DNA of 63,335 nucleotides, the filler included, from Octopus bimaculoides (lineage: Eukaryota), in NCBI RefSeq assembly GCF_001194135.2. It is 7 parts of 6 records of this genome, joined end to end, with 100 filler letters (N's around TTAATTAATTAA, not from the genome) between each part and the next. Parts side by side here need not be neighbours in the genome. Positions count along the whole stretch, not along the records: positions 21,171 to 30,626 come from NC_069000.1; positions 30,727 to 45,396 come from NC_068998.1; 5 more parts are not named here. One strand, given 5' to 3'. Of the stretch, positions 25,067 to 37,720 are shown one piece after another. Made by a program: the position numbers and the translations under genes. The first letter of the stretch is position 1. Every line of letters begins with the position of its first letter. The notes under the pieces were generated by a model. That model was not told the origin of the DNA. It ran no database searches and saw only the letters and a program-made list of their open reading frames with translations.

Positions 25067-26139
25067 CAATGCGGTGTACTGGCAGAATCGTAAGCACGCC
25101 GGCCGGGTTCCACGCAAACCGATTTTTATCTCTGGGAAGAGGCGGTCCATTTTAGTTTGGCCTCTATCCTTTGACGTATTTAGCATGAGAGGCCCCCACC
25201 NNNNNNNNNNNNNNNNNNNNNNNNNNNNNNNNNNNNNNNNNNNNNNNNNNNNNNNNNNNNNNNNNNNNNNNNNNNNNNNNNNNNNNNNNNNNNNNNNNNN
25301 NNNNNNNNNNNNNNNNNNNNNNNNNNNNNNNNNNNNNNNNNNNNNNNNNNNNNNNNNNNNNNNNNNNNNNNNNNNNNNNNNNNNNNNNNNNNNNNNNNNN
25401 NNNNNNNNNNNNNNNNNNNNNNNNNNNNNNNNNNNNNNNNNNNNNNNNNNNNNNNNNNNNNNNNNNNNNNNNNNNNNNNNNNNNNNNNNNNNNNNNNNNN
25501 NNNNNNNNNNNNNNNNNNNNNNNNNNNNNNNNNNNNNNNNNNNNNNNNNNNNNNNNNNNNNNNNNNNNNNNNNNNNNNNNNNNNNNNNNNNNNNNNNNNN
25601 NNNNNNNNNNNNNNNNNNNNNNNNNNNNNNNNNNNNNNNNNNNNNNNNNNNNNNNNNNNNNNNNNNNNNNNNNNNNNNNNNNNNNNNNNNNNNNNNNNNN
25701 NNNNNNNNNNNNNNNNNNNNNNNNNNNNNNNNNNNNNNNNNNNNNNNNNNNNNNNNNNNNNNNNNNNNNNNNNNNNNNNNNNNNNNNNNNNNNNNNNNNN
25801 NNNNNNNNNNNNNNNNNNNNNNNNNNNNNNNNNNNNNNNNNNNNNNNNNNNNNNNNNNNNNNNNNNNNNNNNNNNNNNNNNNNNNNNNNNNNNNNNNNNN
25901 NNNNNNNNNNNNNNNNNNNNNNNNNNNNNNNNNNNNNNNNNNNNNNNNNNNNNNNNNNNNNNNNNNNNNNNNNNNNNNNNNNNNNNNNNNNNNNNNNNNN
26001 NNNNNNNNNNNNNNNNNNNNNNNNNNNNNNNNNNNNNNNNNNNNNNNNNNNNNNNNNNNNNNNNNNNNNNNNNNNNNNNNNNNNNNNNNNNNNNNNNNNN
26101 NNNNNNNNNNNNNNNNNNNNNNNNNNNNNNNNNNNNNNN

Positions 26140-26454
26140 GAAATTAACGTGCAAGTGGCTGAGCATTCCACAGACACGTGTACCCTTAACGTAGTTCTCG
26201 GGGGATATTCAGCGTGACACTGAGGGTGACAAGGCTGACCCTTTGAAATACAGGCACAACAGAAACAGGAAGTAAGAGTGAGAGAAAGTTGTGGTGAAAG
26301 AGTACAGCAGGGTTCGCCACCATCCCCTGCCGGAGCCTCGTGGAGCTTTAGGTGTTTTCGCTCAATAAACACCCACAACGCCCGGTCTGGGAATCGAAAC
26401 CGCGATTCTACGACCGCGAGTCCGCTGCCCTAACCACTGGGCCATTGCGACTCC
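26140..26454 (-). mobile_element. SINE-C
   Basis: Reverse complement of 34592-34910. Confidence 0.88.
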
Positions 26455-26499
26455 ACTCAGTTAAAATATACTCGCTGTGAATAAACTGTAGTCAATCTT

Positions 26500-26716
26500 T
26501 CTGTTGTTGGCACAAGGCCTGAAATTTATGGGGAAGTGATTAGTCGATTACATCGACCCTGGGGTTCATCAGGTACTTACGAGTATTTCACCGACGCGAA
26601 AGAATGAAAGGAAAAATCGACGTCAGCATAATTTGAACTCGGAACGTAAAGACAAACGAAATGCCGCCGAGCATTTTTGTCCGGCATGCTTAATGATTCT
26701 GCCAAAGCGCCGCCTT
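26500..26716 (-). mobile_element. SINE-B
   Basis: Reverse complement of the B head and tail. Confidence 0.75.
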
Positions 26717-26749
26717 CTGTGCCTGGCGGATGGGTTATTGAGCTTCGAG

Positions 26750-26952
26750 TGAAGGCGCGTGGCTTAGTGGTTAGGGCATTCAACTCATGATCGTATGGTC
26801 ATGAGTTCAATTCCTGGCGACGCATTGTGTCCTTGAGCAAGACACTTTATTTCACGTTGCTCCAGTCCACTCAGCTGGCAAAAATGAGTTGTACCTGTAA
26901 TTCAAAGGGGCCAGCCTTGTCACACTATGTGTCACACCCTGTGTCACGCTGA
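26750..26952 (+). mobile_element. SINE-C' (3'-truncated)
   Basis: GAAGGCGCGTGGCTTAGTGGTTAGGG...GAGTTCAATTCC...TGTGTCCTTGAGCAAGACAC...CTCAGCTGGCAAAAATGAG. Confidence 0.85.
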
Positions 26953-28553
26953 ATATATATAGTTGAAAAAAGATTAGAGATTTGCACTAATCAAACTTTT
27001 TATATATAAAAGATGGAGGTGGAAATAGCAGAGAAGCAGGTTTCAGACATTTCCAATTAAGAAGAAATTTAATTAAAAAATAAATATAAAAAATATATAT
27101 AAAAAAGAAATCCCTTCTTAAATTGAAATGTCTTAGATTTGCTTTCTTAGATTTGCTTCTGTGCTGTTTCCACCTTCATCTTTTATNNNNNNNNNNNNNN
27201 NNNNNNNNNNNNNNNNNNNNNNNNNNNNNNNNNNNNNNNNNNNNNNNNNNNNNNNNNNNNNNNNNNNNNNNNNNNNNNNNNNNNNNNNNNNNNNNNNNNN
27301 NNNNNNNNNNNNNNNNNNNNNNNNNNNNNNNNNNNNNNNNNNNNNNNNNNNNNNNNNNNNNNNNNNNNNNNNNNNNNNNNNNNNNNNNNNNNNNNNNNNN
27401 NNNNNNNNNNNNNNNNNNNNNNNNNNNNNNNNNNNNNNNNNNNNNNNNNNNNNNNNNNNNNNNNNNNNNNNNNNNNNNNNNNNNNNNNNNNNNNNNNNNN
27501 NNNNNNNNNNNNNNNNNNNNNNNNNNNNNNTCTCTCTCTCTCTCTCTCTCTCTCTTTCGTAGGCGTGGGGTGTCAGCTGGCCGTCAGTAAGTTCGGAGAT
27601 AGCGGAGTGGTGGCGGGGGGGGGGGAAATTTCAAAAACAAGATAGTAGATTAAGTGGCAGACGTTTAAATGATGTCTATAAGAGAAAGTGCAGACAGATT
27701 TAGAAAACTGCACAATCACGAATTGGAAATTGAAGGAGTTATATGATTAAAAAATATCGTATATGATTTAGCGTTGGCATAATCTGAAATCTATAAATGG
27801 ATATTAAATAAAGTGAAGAAAAACCGGAAAATATTGAAAAAAAAACAAAAATCATATCATACTGAGATAACAGATAAACCACGTAAACTTTTCACCATCA
27901 AAGGTCTGGTTATACTCTTTGTCGAGACCTCTTTTCGTTAGCTTACTCTCACAACACCATTCATCATGTATGTTCTAAAATTCTAAGACGTACAAACACT
28001 CCAAACTCCACCATCTACCCTCTCTGTTAAATAGTCTACCTGTCAACCTATAAATCTATCAAAGACTACATGCACCGTTTATGTTTTATTCAGTTTATTT
28101 TATATATCATTATTATTTTTTGTTTTTATGTTTCCGACATTCTGCATCTCATTACATCCCGCCTAGAAATAACTTCCTGTCTATATCCATCAATCGCTTT
28201 CTACCTAAACAGAGGAAGACCTTTCTAGAAAGGCCTTCCTCTATCATATTATGTTTCACTCTCTCCCTCCTTCTATCTATCTACCTATCTATCTATCTAT
28301 CTATTTGTCTGTCTGTCTATCTAGTTATATATACTTAACCAGATCGCTTTATATCCATCCTGGAAATGTCTTCCTCTCAACCACCCGAATAAGTTTTAGG
28401 GCATCAGCAAAAATTGCTTTGCAATATCTTTTCCGGCTCTTTACGCCCTCTGTTGTTGAAATCCTAATGAAGTCGACTTTACACTTCATCTCTTGAAGGT
28501 GGATAAAGTAAAGTACTAACCAAGAACTGGGGACAACGGTATTAACCAATACC

Positions 28554-28588
<35 letters not shown>

Positions 28589-28589
28589 C

Positions 28590-28752
28590 ATACATACGTC
28601 AGGCTTCTCTCTGTTTTCGTCTACCAAATGCACTCACAAGGCTTTGGTCGGCCTTAGTCTACAGTAGAAAACATTAGCCCAAGGTGTCACGCAGTGGGAC
28701 TGAACCCGGAATCATGTGATTGGGAAGCAAGCTTCTTGCCATACAGCCACTC
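28590..28752 (-). mobile_element. SINE-A head (partly duplicated at 28815-28875)
   Basis: Reverse complement of the A head. The duplicate ends at a 10-N gap. Confidence 0.8.
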
Positions 28753-29774
28753 CTACATATGTGTGTATGTGTGTGTGTGTGTGTTATATATATATACATA
28801 TATATATATATATACATACATACGTCAGGCTTCTCTCTGTTTTCGTCTACCAAATGCACTCACAAGGCTTTGGTCNNNNNNNNNNTATATATACATTCTT
28901 GATCAAAACTGTCTGACGAAAGGGAACGTGAAACACTGAGTAACAGTTTTTTGTGGTATTTTTGTGATGTCTTTGCAGTTTTAATAATAAAAGATATTAC
29001 TCGACCTACCTCCGGCATTCAAGTACTCTTTTTTCCCACCTTGTTTCACATTTATGTGCTTACTTTGGTACATATATATATATATACACACACTTTTTTA
29101 TGTCTTTTACGAGCATATTATTTATTCTCAATGAATATAACTTCTTTTGCCAAACACAATCTCTCATATTTATACAAAAGGAAACGGTATGTTATGTGTT
29201 TGCTCACCCGACGCCTCTTTACCCCTCGCCTATTACTAACAAGGTCAATAGTCGACTAAATGGAACGAAATTCCTTGAGTCAGATAACTTAAGTCAGACG
29301 ACAGGAACCGGTTCGCCCCCACCTTTCTTCGGCACTACATTAAACGATTGTTTTATTTCGACTAATTTAGGTTATGACTCTTTATATAGCATGCGGCCGT
29401 AAAACCGTATACGTGTCAGAGTTGACAAACGTTACAACAAAAATCATGTTATTTTTTTTCATTTAGATAAATTGGAAGGAAATATTAATTCCAAAGAACG
29501 GCAAGATATCATCTACAGGAAGATATCACTATTATTTATCTACGTTAATTAGTAGTACATTAATACTCGCTTAAAATATAGGAGGTATTTATGTCGCAAT
29601 CTGCAAATTCTTTCAGTTATTTGGGTCAACTTACAATTAATTATACATACAGTCGTACGGTGAGTTTAATCAAATAAAACGGACTGGAATATGATTAAAG
29701 TTCAACTAATTATAAGCCAGATTTCCAAAGTTTTATTTATTTGTTCATTTATTTATTTATTTCAATCTGGATGG

Positions 29775-30170
29775 ACGCCGGTGTGGCTTTGTGGTAAGAA
29801 GACTGCTTCCTAACCACATAGTTCCAGGTTCAGTCCCACTGCGTGACACCTCGGGTACGTGTCCTTTACTATAGCGCTGGGTCGACCAATGCCTTGTGAG
29901 TGAATTTGGTGGACGGAAACTAAACGAAGCCCGTCGTATGTGTGTGTGTGTGTGTGTGTGTGTGAGTGAGTGATAGCATCTGTGATTGTGTGTGTGAGTG
30001 AGTGATAGCATCTGTGATTGTGTGTGTGCGTGTGTGTGTCTACATTTGCTCCCCCGGCGTTTGATAACTCGAGCTGGTTTGTTTGCGTCCTGTAACCTAG
30101 CGGTTCGGCAAATGGAGCGGACAGAATAAGTACCAGATTTATAAAAAGTAACAAAATAAGTACTAGGTTC
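29775..30170 (+). mobile_element. SINE-A, full length
   Basis: Head (GTGGCTTTGTGGTAAGAAG...GGTTCAGTCCCACTGCG), internal (GT)n and a degenerate tail. Confidence 0.8.
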
Positions 30171-30670
30171 GATATATATATATACATACTTATGTATATA
30201 TGTATGTATATATGTGTATATTTATGTATATCCCTAAACATATATATATGCATGTATGTGTGTGTATATATATGTATGTGTGTATGTGTATATGTATGTA
30301 TGTGTATGTATGTATATGTATGTATGTGTATGTATGTGTATGTATGTGCGCATGTATGTGTGTGTATATATGTATGTGTATATATGTGTGTATGTATGTA
30401 TGTATGTATGTGTATGTATGTGTGTGTATGTGTATATGTATGTATGTATGTATGTGTGTATATATGTATGTATGTGTACATATGTGTGTATGTATGTATA
30501 TGTGTGTATGTGTATATGTATGTATGTGTATGTATGTGTATGTGTATATGTATGTATGTGTATGTATGCGTGTATGTACGTATATCCCTAAATATATATG
30601 CATGTATGTATGAGTGTATATATATANNNNNNNNNNNNNNNNNNNNNNNNNNNNNNNNNNNNNNNNNNNN

Positions 30671-30682
30671 TTAATTAATTAA
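30671..30682. other. Artificial assembly spacer TTAATTAATTAA
   Basis: 44N-12-44N construct. Confidence 0.95.
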
Positions 30683-30726
30683 NNNNNNNNNNNNNNNNNN
30701 NNNNNNNNNNNNNNNNNNNNNNNNNN

Positions 30727-30800
<74 letters not shown>

Positions 30801-32471
30801 CATGCACACATATAGGTTATGCACACACAGATAAAAAATAGGTAAATAAATAAATAAATAGATAGATTGAAGGACAGACACACACACGTTTATAAATATT
30901 CCTGCATATAAAAAGCGCTTTTTTTCAAATTCGATGTTCGATTGTATTTTGCTGATTATGCTTCCCGAAAGGACATCACCCTTGGTGTAGCGGGCAGCAG
31001 TAGGAGATGTTTCCTTTTGTATCTGATCGTGGTCTTGAAGAAGTTGCAATTTGAGACACTTATTGATTTTAATTGAAATATTCAAATTGATTCCGTGATT
31101 GGAATTGGAATATTGTTACTGTCTGGCTTGTTATTTCATTTTAAACATATTTAACGCTGCGTCTCTAATACGAATGAATATCTTTTACGTATTGTTTCTA
31201 TTAATATATTTTCCGAAACCACGCCAGGCCTCTGTGTACTGAAATCTAGGGAAACAGAAAGGATTAACGAAAATATTTACTACCAATTCTCACAACAACA
31301 GCTTCTTTGGTTTTTGTCTAGCGGTTCTTACTGTTGAGTAAATATTTAAACGAGGTCTCCAGTTTGAGCACAGTTCTACCGATCAACTAACCTCGAGATT
31401 AGTTGATCGGCAAACAATTACGAACACTAACATCACATCTTAGCCTCACCTATTTTTTTCTCTCATTGATACACGCATCTACTAAATTATCCAAGATGGG
31501 TTCATTATAAGTTACTTATGCCATACCCTCTGCAACGCTACACCTACTAACTTGCATTTTATATATAAACTTTAACACCTGTAACATGGACCATACAATC
31601 AAACCCACCACTAAATTTCTACGGAAACACAACGTGAACTGCCGCCTAAAATTATCCCTCTTGAAAATAACTAAATTCCCCTACCCACCACTGGATGAAA
31701 AACCATGGATTTATAAATACTTTACGGGAAGTCTGTACTTTATTTCACCCTTGCTATGTCCATATTATAGTACTCTGCTGTATTTCACTTACGTTCTTGT
31801 TTTTGCTCTTATTATTATTCATATTCTACTCTATTTAAAAGAATAAGCACACCTTATCTATTCTTAACTGACTTTTATATGTGTTAGCCTGCCACTAACT
31901 ACTTAGACCTTCTGAAGAAACCTAGGGGCACATCCATCATCTAAGCCTTATCTGTTCACCCCTGCGTAACATTGAAGTGATGGAGATAACTTTGAAGATT
32001 TGGTTGTCTCTTGGCAGAAACGGCCGTAAGGAACTAGTACCTGCACTCCTATTATATATTTTTGCTCAGTTGCTCATATGTTTCTATATACTTATATGTA
32101 TTCACACCTATGTTTATGCAGTTACCAGCTTTTTCCACTCGCTAATCTGTATAAATCATACATGTGTGTGTATTCATCCTTTATAATGGAATAAATAGAC
32201 ATACTTGAATGTTTACTGGATGATGCCTGTCAATTTTATATCCTCTCCGTTTTCTTATTTCAAATTCTAAAAGCAAATTCGCATCAGTTACCGTGGAAAA
32301 AGAATTCCCTCACGGTAAAAAGGTGTAGAATGCCATATCTGTACAGTGCTGTCCCCTAACGAATTCCTTGACGTGAATTTAGCTCTTTAGGTGTTATCAA
32401 CGGTAAATACGAGACTTCAAGCCGTAACTTTAACTAAGACAACAACATTGATTGACCAACGCCATTAGATG

Positions 32472-32514
<43 letters not shown>

Positions 32515-32516
32515 TA

Positions 32517-32753
32517 TATATTACATACATATAAGAGGGATGACCACTAAGTGGACATCCATTATGCTAGAAGTAAACCACGTATACAATATATATATTT
32601 TGTATCTTTTCATTTGTCATGCTCGCTTAAGTTCTGGCGTTTGCTAAACTTTCATGAGAACAATCTCTTCTTAGTGGAAAGACCATAGGTGGTCTACTTA
32701 TAGAATAATGGATGTCCACTTAGTGGTCATCCCTTTTATATGTATGTAATATA
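32517..32753. mobile_element. MITE-like element with ~65-bp terminal inverted repeats
   Basis: 32517-32581 is the reverse complement of 32689-32753 with a few mismatches. The spacer is ~107 bp and (TA)n lies to the left. Confidence 0.65.
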
Positions 32754-32872
32754 ATTTTTCTGAATCTTCAGATTTTTCAATATGCTAGGCCACTGAGTAT
32801 TAATTTAATTAATACTCAGTTTTTCACCCTTATTATTTAAATATACAGATAGATAAATAGATAGATAGATAA

Positions 32873-32931
<59 letters not shown>

Positions 32932-33857
32932 CATGAATAGATAGATAGATGATGATGCGTGTTTTTGTAAGCGCAGTGTGGTTAAATATTTCGTACGAAG
33001 TTTGCAACCGTTCGATGCGTGGTTGATTACGCTGCGTGGCACCTTGATAGGATATGATAGCTTCGTATCGATCCTAATTTTGAGAAGGAAACTGGACAGA
33101 AGCCCGTCGGTTGGATTGTATCTCAAGTTGAAAGCATATTACCTTGTCAAGTCGATTCTGTTTTATAAGCAGATTTAGGGGAAACGTCTAACAAAGGATA
33201 TCCTCCGCGTATTCTGAATTCACACATGCGAGGGCAAGTTAATGCCATGCAGAATAAACGGAAGATAATTACATTTAAATATTTTCTTCCCTCAACGGTA
33301 AAATAGCTGCGAGAAGGAAACAAAAAAAATACAATCTCAGTTTTCTTTCGAAATTGGTCGCGGTTGTATTGATGGTATGTTAAAGTTAATTACTTTGTAT
33401 AATATATTCTTCGTAGTTGAGGTTATATACAATTTGTTTTTTATCCTTTAAGACATTAACTAGTGTGAAAGACACGAATTGTATGTGGGGCAAATAAACC
33501 GGAATTTAGAATAATGGATTCAGATATTCTGAAAATTTGACGAAGGGTTCCATGTGTGCTACGTATTAGCAAAGCCATACCACCTTGAGCTATAAATTCA
33601 CGTCATAGTATACAATAGTGGATTTTACGCCTGTCAGATCTAATATATACTGAAGTTTGTGATATTGGTTAAGTTCCAAGCTGTATGATGGGGCACGCAC
33701 GCACACACATACACACACACACAAACGCGCGCGCGAAAATTGTGATCCAGATTTGCGAAAGCAATAATATTGGGTGTTAACTTTAATTTCTGTCGGTTCC
33801 TTTAGCGATACATTGCTGTTGTAGTACAGACTATTAAATTTTGTCGACAGTTATTAT

Positions 33858-34320
33858 TCTGGCGTAATTGTTAGCACGCCAGGCGAAATGCTTAGCGGTA
33901 TTTCGTTTGCCGCAACGTTCTGAGTTCAAATTCCACCGAGGTCAACTTAGTCTTTCATCATTTTGGGGTCGATAAATTAGGTACCAGCGAAACACTTGGG
34001 TCGTTGTAATCGACTAGTCCCCTCCCCTAAGATAGCTGCCCTTGTGGCAAAATTTGAAACTATTATTATTATTCTTATTAAAGCGGCGATCTGGCAGAAT
34101 CGTTAGCACGTTGGACGAAATGTTTAGCGGTATTTCGCTCGTCGCTACGTTCTGAGTTCAAATTCCGCCGAGGTCGACTTTGCCTTTCATCCATTCCGGG
34201 TCAACTAATTAAGTACCAGTGAAACACTGGGTCGATATAATCGACTAGTCCCCACCCAACAAATTTGAAGCCTTGTGCCGCCAGTAGAAAGTATTATTAT
34301 TATTATCATTATTATTATTA
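33858..34320 (+). mobile_element. Two head-to-tail SINE-B copies with (ATT)n tails
   Basis: Copies at ~33858-34062 and ~34080-34292, each followed by TATTATTATT. Confidence 0.85.
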
Positions 34321-34591
34321 TATGAATGAAGCTATGAAGAAATAAGGAATGTCCGTGTCTTTACTTCATGAACAGAACAACGAAAATAATCGCGAGAAAC
34401 GAAATAAGCAAATAAAAGAAAACAGTGATACACGTGGATATGTAACAACAACAACGACAACGATGTCGACGAGGACGACGGTGTTGATGATGACGGCAAT
34501 TATTATAACAACAACAGCTGTCTTAGCATTAGTCGCGACTTCCTGCGGAGTCCGCAATTTCATGTTCTGCAACCCAGTATCTTATGAAGGA

Positions 34592-34974
34592 GGAGGCGCA
34601 ATGGCCCAGTGGTTAGGGCAGCGGACTCGCAGTCATAGGATCGAGGTTTCGATTCCAAGATCGGGTGTTGTGAGTGTTTGTTTATTGAGCGAAAACACCT
34701 AAAGCCCCACGAGGCTCCGGCAGGAGATGGTGGCGAAACCTGCTGTACTCTTTCACCACGACCTTCTCTCACTCTTACTTCCTGTTTCTGTTGTGCCTGT
34801 AATTCAAAGGGCCAGCCTTGTCACACTCTGTGTCACGCTGAATCTCCTCCCCGAGAACTATGTTAAGGGTAGACGTGTCTGTGGAGTGCTCAGCCACTTG
34901 CACGTTAATTTCACGAGCAAGCTGTTCCGTTGATCGGATCAACTGGAACCCTCGTTGTCGTAAGCGACGGAGTG
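34592..34974 (+). mobile_element. SINE-C, full length
   Basis: tRNA-like head GGAGGCGCAATGGCCCAGTGGTTAGG...GGTTTCGATTCC, and tail ...GATCGGATCAACTGGAACCCTCG...GACGGAGTG. Confidence 0.9.
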
Positions 34975-35969
34975 AGAGATCTTATGAATAGACAATTCGC
35001 TATCCTCCACCATTGGATAGAAGTTCTACAAGAAAAAATCACAGAGAGAAAGAAAGTGTGGGAGAGAGAGAGAGAGAGTGGAGAAAGGAAGAAAGCCAGA
35101 AAGAAAGGAAGGAAAGAAAGAAGGAAGAAGGAAAGAAAAAAGGAGAGGGTGGTGTAGAAATAGAAAATCTATCAGCTTCTATTATTGACTGTTTCTATTT
35201 TTCGCCCCCGAAATGTTGAGAGAAATGTCTAACCTCAACGGGATTTAAACTAGAACATATAAACAAACAGCTGAAATAATAACACTTGCCATCCGTTTGA
35301 AATGACCACAGCGTTTAACTATCAATTTATTTTATCGATCGGGAAGGGTTAAAATGTAGAGTTGAGATATCGAAGAGATTTGAACTCAGACTATAAAGAG
35401 CCAAAATAATAATTGCTTTCAATTATCATTATTATTATTATTTTTATTATTGGTTTGTAATTTCGGTGTGATGGGGTTGGTCAGTCGATTAAAAACTAGT
35501 AGTAGCCGAATTGTTTTAGCACAAGGGTGGTAAAAGAGTTTATCGACTCCTGAAGGATAAAAGTCGAAGTTGACCTCAGAACGCAAATAGTAGAAAGGTT
35601 ACCATGATTCTCCTGTGGCCCCTTCATAAAATAGCAACAACAACAATAATAACAGCAGCAGCAGCAACAACAGTATCCCTGTAAATTCGGTGCCATTTTT
35701 TGCTCAAACAATCGCGATCTGTTGTCGCTAAAATGCAGAAAACAAAAACTAAAGATAAATATATATATATATATTTGTAGTATTTTTCAGTTTTCGCTTG
35801 TGAAGTCTGTCTATTGACTCGTCTTTTCTTCGTCTCATTCAATAACAAAGTATTCAATCCGGATGATTGATTCATCGATTATTTGATAGGTTGATTGAAT
35901 ATGATTGGTAAGCCATTAGGATTCAATTAGTAAATTCACATACAGTTTGAATACCATTATTGGTGTCTA

Positions 35970-37720
35970 ATGCGGCGAGCTGGCAGAACCGTTAACACGC
36001 TGGATGAAATGCTTCGCATGTCGTCCGTCTTCACGTTCTGAGTTCAAACTCCGCCGAAGTCGACTTTGCTTTTCATTCTTTCTCTAAGGGATAACATAAG
36101 TACCAGTTGAGTACTTGGGTCGTTAGAATCGACTTACCCACTCCTTCGGAATATCGGGCTCCGTGCAAAAATTTAAAATCAGGGTCGTTATTGGTGTTGT
36201 AGCTGTTAAAGCGGCGAATTAGGAAAAATGTTAGGAGGCCGAGCAAAATTCTTAGAGGCATTTCTTCTGTCTACGTTCCGAGTTCAATTTCCGCCACCGT
36301 CAACTTTGCCTTTTATCCTTTCGGAGTCGATAAAACAAGTACCAGTCGAGCACTGGAGTCCATGTAATCGACTTACCCCCACCTCTGTACTTTCAGACTT
36401 TGCGTCAAAATCTGAACCCGTTATTATCATTGTTGTTGTTAAAGGGCGAGCTGGCGGAATTATTAGGAAGTCGGCAATAATATTTTACAGAATTTCTTCC
36501 GGCTCTTAACGTTCTGAGTTCAAATACTGCTGACGTTAAATTTGTCTTTCGTCCTTTCGGGATATATAAATTAATCACCGGTGAAACACTAGGCTCAGTG
36601 TCATCAACTATTACCACCGCATCATATTTCAGTCCTTGTGTCTTTAGAGGAAAATATTATCATCATTGTTACTCTTGTTAAGCGGGCGAACTGGAGGAAT
36701 TATAAGAAAATCTAAGGCGGTGAGCTGGCAGAAACGTTAGCACACCGGGCGAAATGTTTAGTGGCATTTCGCCTGTCTTTACGTTCTGAGTTCAAATTCC
36801 GCTGAAGTCGACTTTGCCTTTCATTCTTTCCGGGTCGATAAATTAAATACCATTTGCGTACTGAGAGCGATCTAATCGACAGGCCCCTTCCCCAAAATTT
36901 CGGGCCTTGTGTCTAGAGTAGAAAAGGTTATAGTATCAGTCATTTGACTGCTGCCATGCTGGAGCACCGCCTTAAAGTATTTTTAAAAGGCGGCTAGCCG
37001 GCAGAAACGTTAGCACACCGGGCGAAATGCATAGCGGTATTTCGTCTGTTTTTACGTTCTGAGTTCAAATTCCGCCAGAGTCGACTTTGCGTTTCATCAT
37101 TTCGGGGGTCGAAAAATTAAGTACCAGTTACGTATTGGGTCGATCGAATCGACTGGCTCCGTCCCGCAAAATTTCGGGCCTTGTACCTGCAGTAGAAATA
37201 GAATTATAAGAAAGTCGGAAATAATACTTTATAGAATTTCTTCCAGTTCTTAACGTTCTGAGTTCAAATTTCGCCGGGATTGACATTGTCTTTCATCATT
37301 TCGGGGTCGATAAATTAAGTAGCTGGGTCGATCTAATCGACTGGTCCCCTCCCCAAAAATTTCGGGCCTTGCGCCTACAGTAGAAAAGAATAATATTTTA
37401 TAGAATTTCTTCCATCTCTTAACGTTCTGAGTTCGAATTCCGCCGACGTCAACTGTGTCTTTCATCTTTTGTGGTCCTTATAAGAAAGTAATAATCAGGT
37501 ACTGGGCCATTGACTAATCGCCTCCCCTCAAAATCGTTGGCCTTGAACCTATATCGTTAACTATTAAAAAGGGCTGTAGCTTAGCAGAATGGTTTGGGGA
37601 AAAAATAATTTAAGGTATTTCCCCCGGCACTTTACATTCTGCATTCAAATTCCCGAGAGGCCATATTTGTTTTTCAGTCATCCAGGGTCGATAAAATAAA
37701 GTACCTGTCAAGTACTAGTA
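35970..37720 (+). mobile_element. Cluster of about 8 same-orientation SINE-B copies (older and younger variants, partly nested)
   Basis: ACGTT(C)(T/C)GAGTTC(A/G)AA..CCGC recurs at ~36035, 36275, 36510, 36782, 37055, 37254 and 37420, with a variant at ~37635. Confidence 0.85.

Noticed and set aside
28540-28885. Tandem duplication of a SINE-A head segment
   Set aside because: The second copy is identical and ends at a 10-N gap, so it is likely an allele or overlap artifact.
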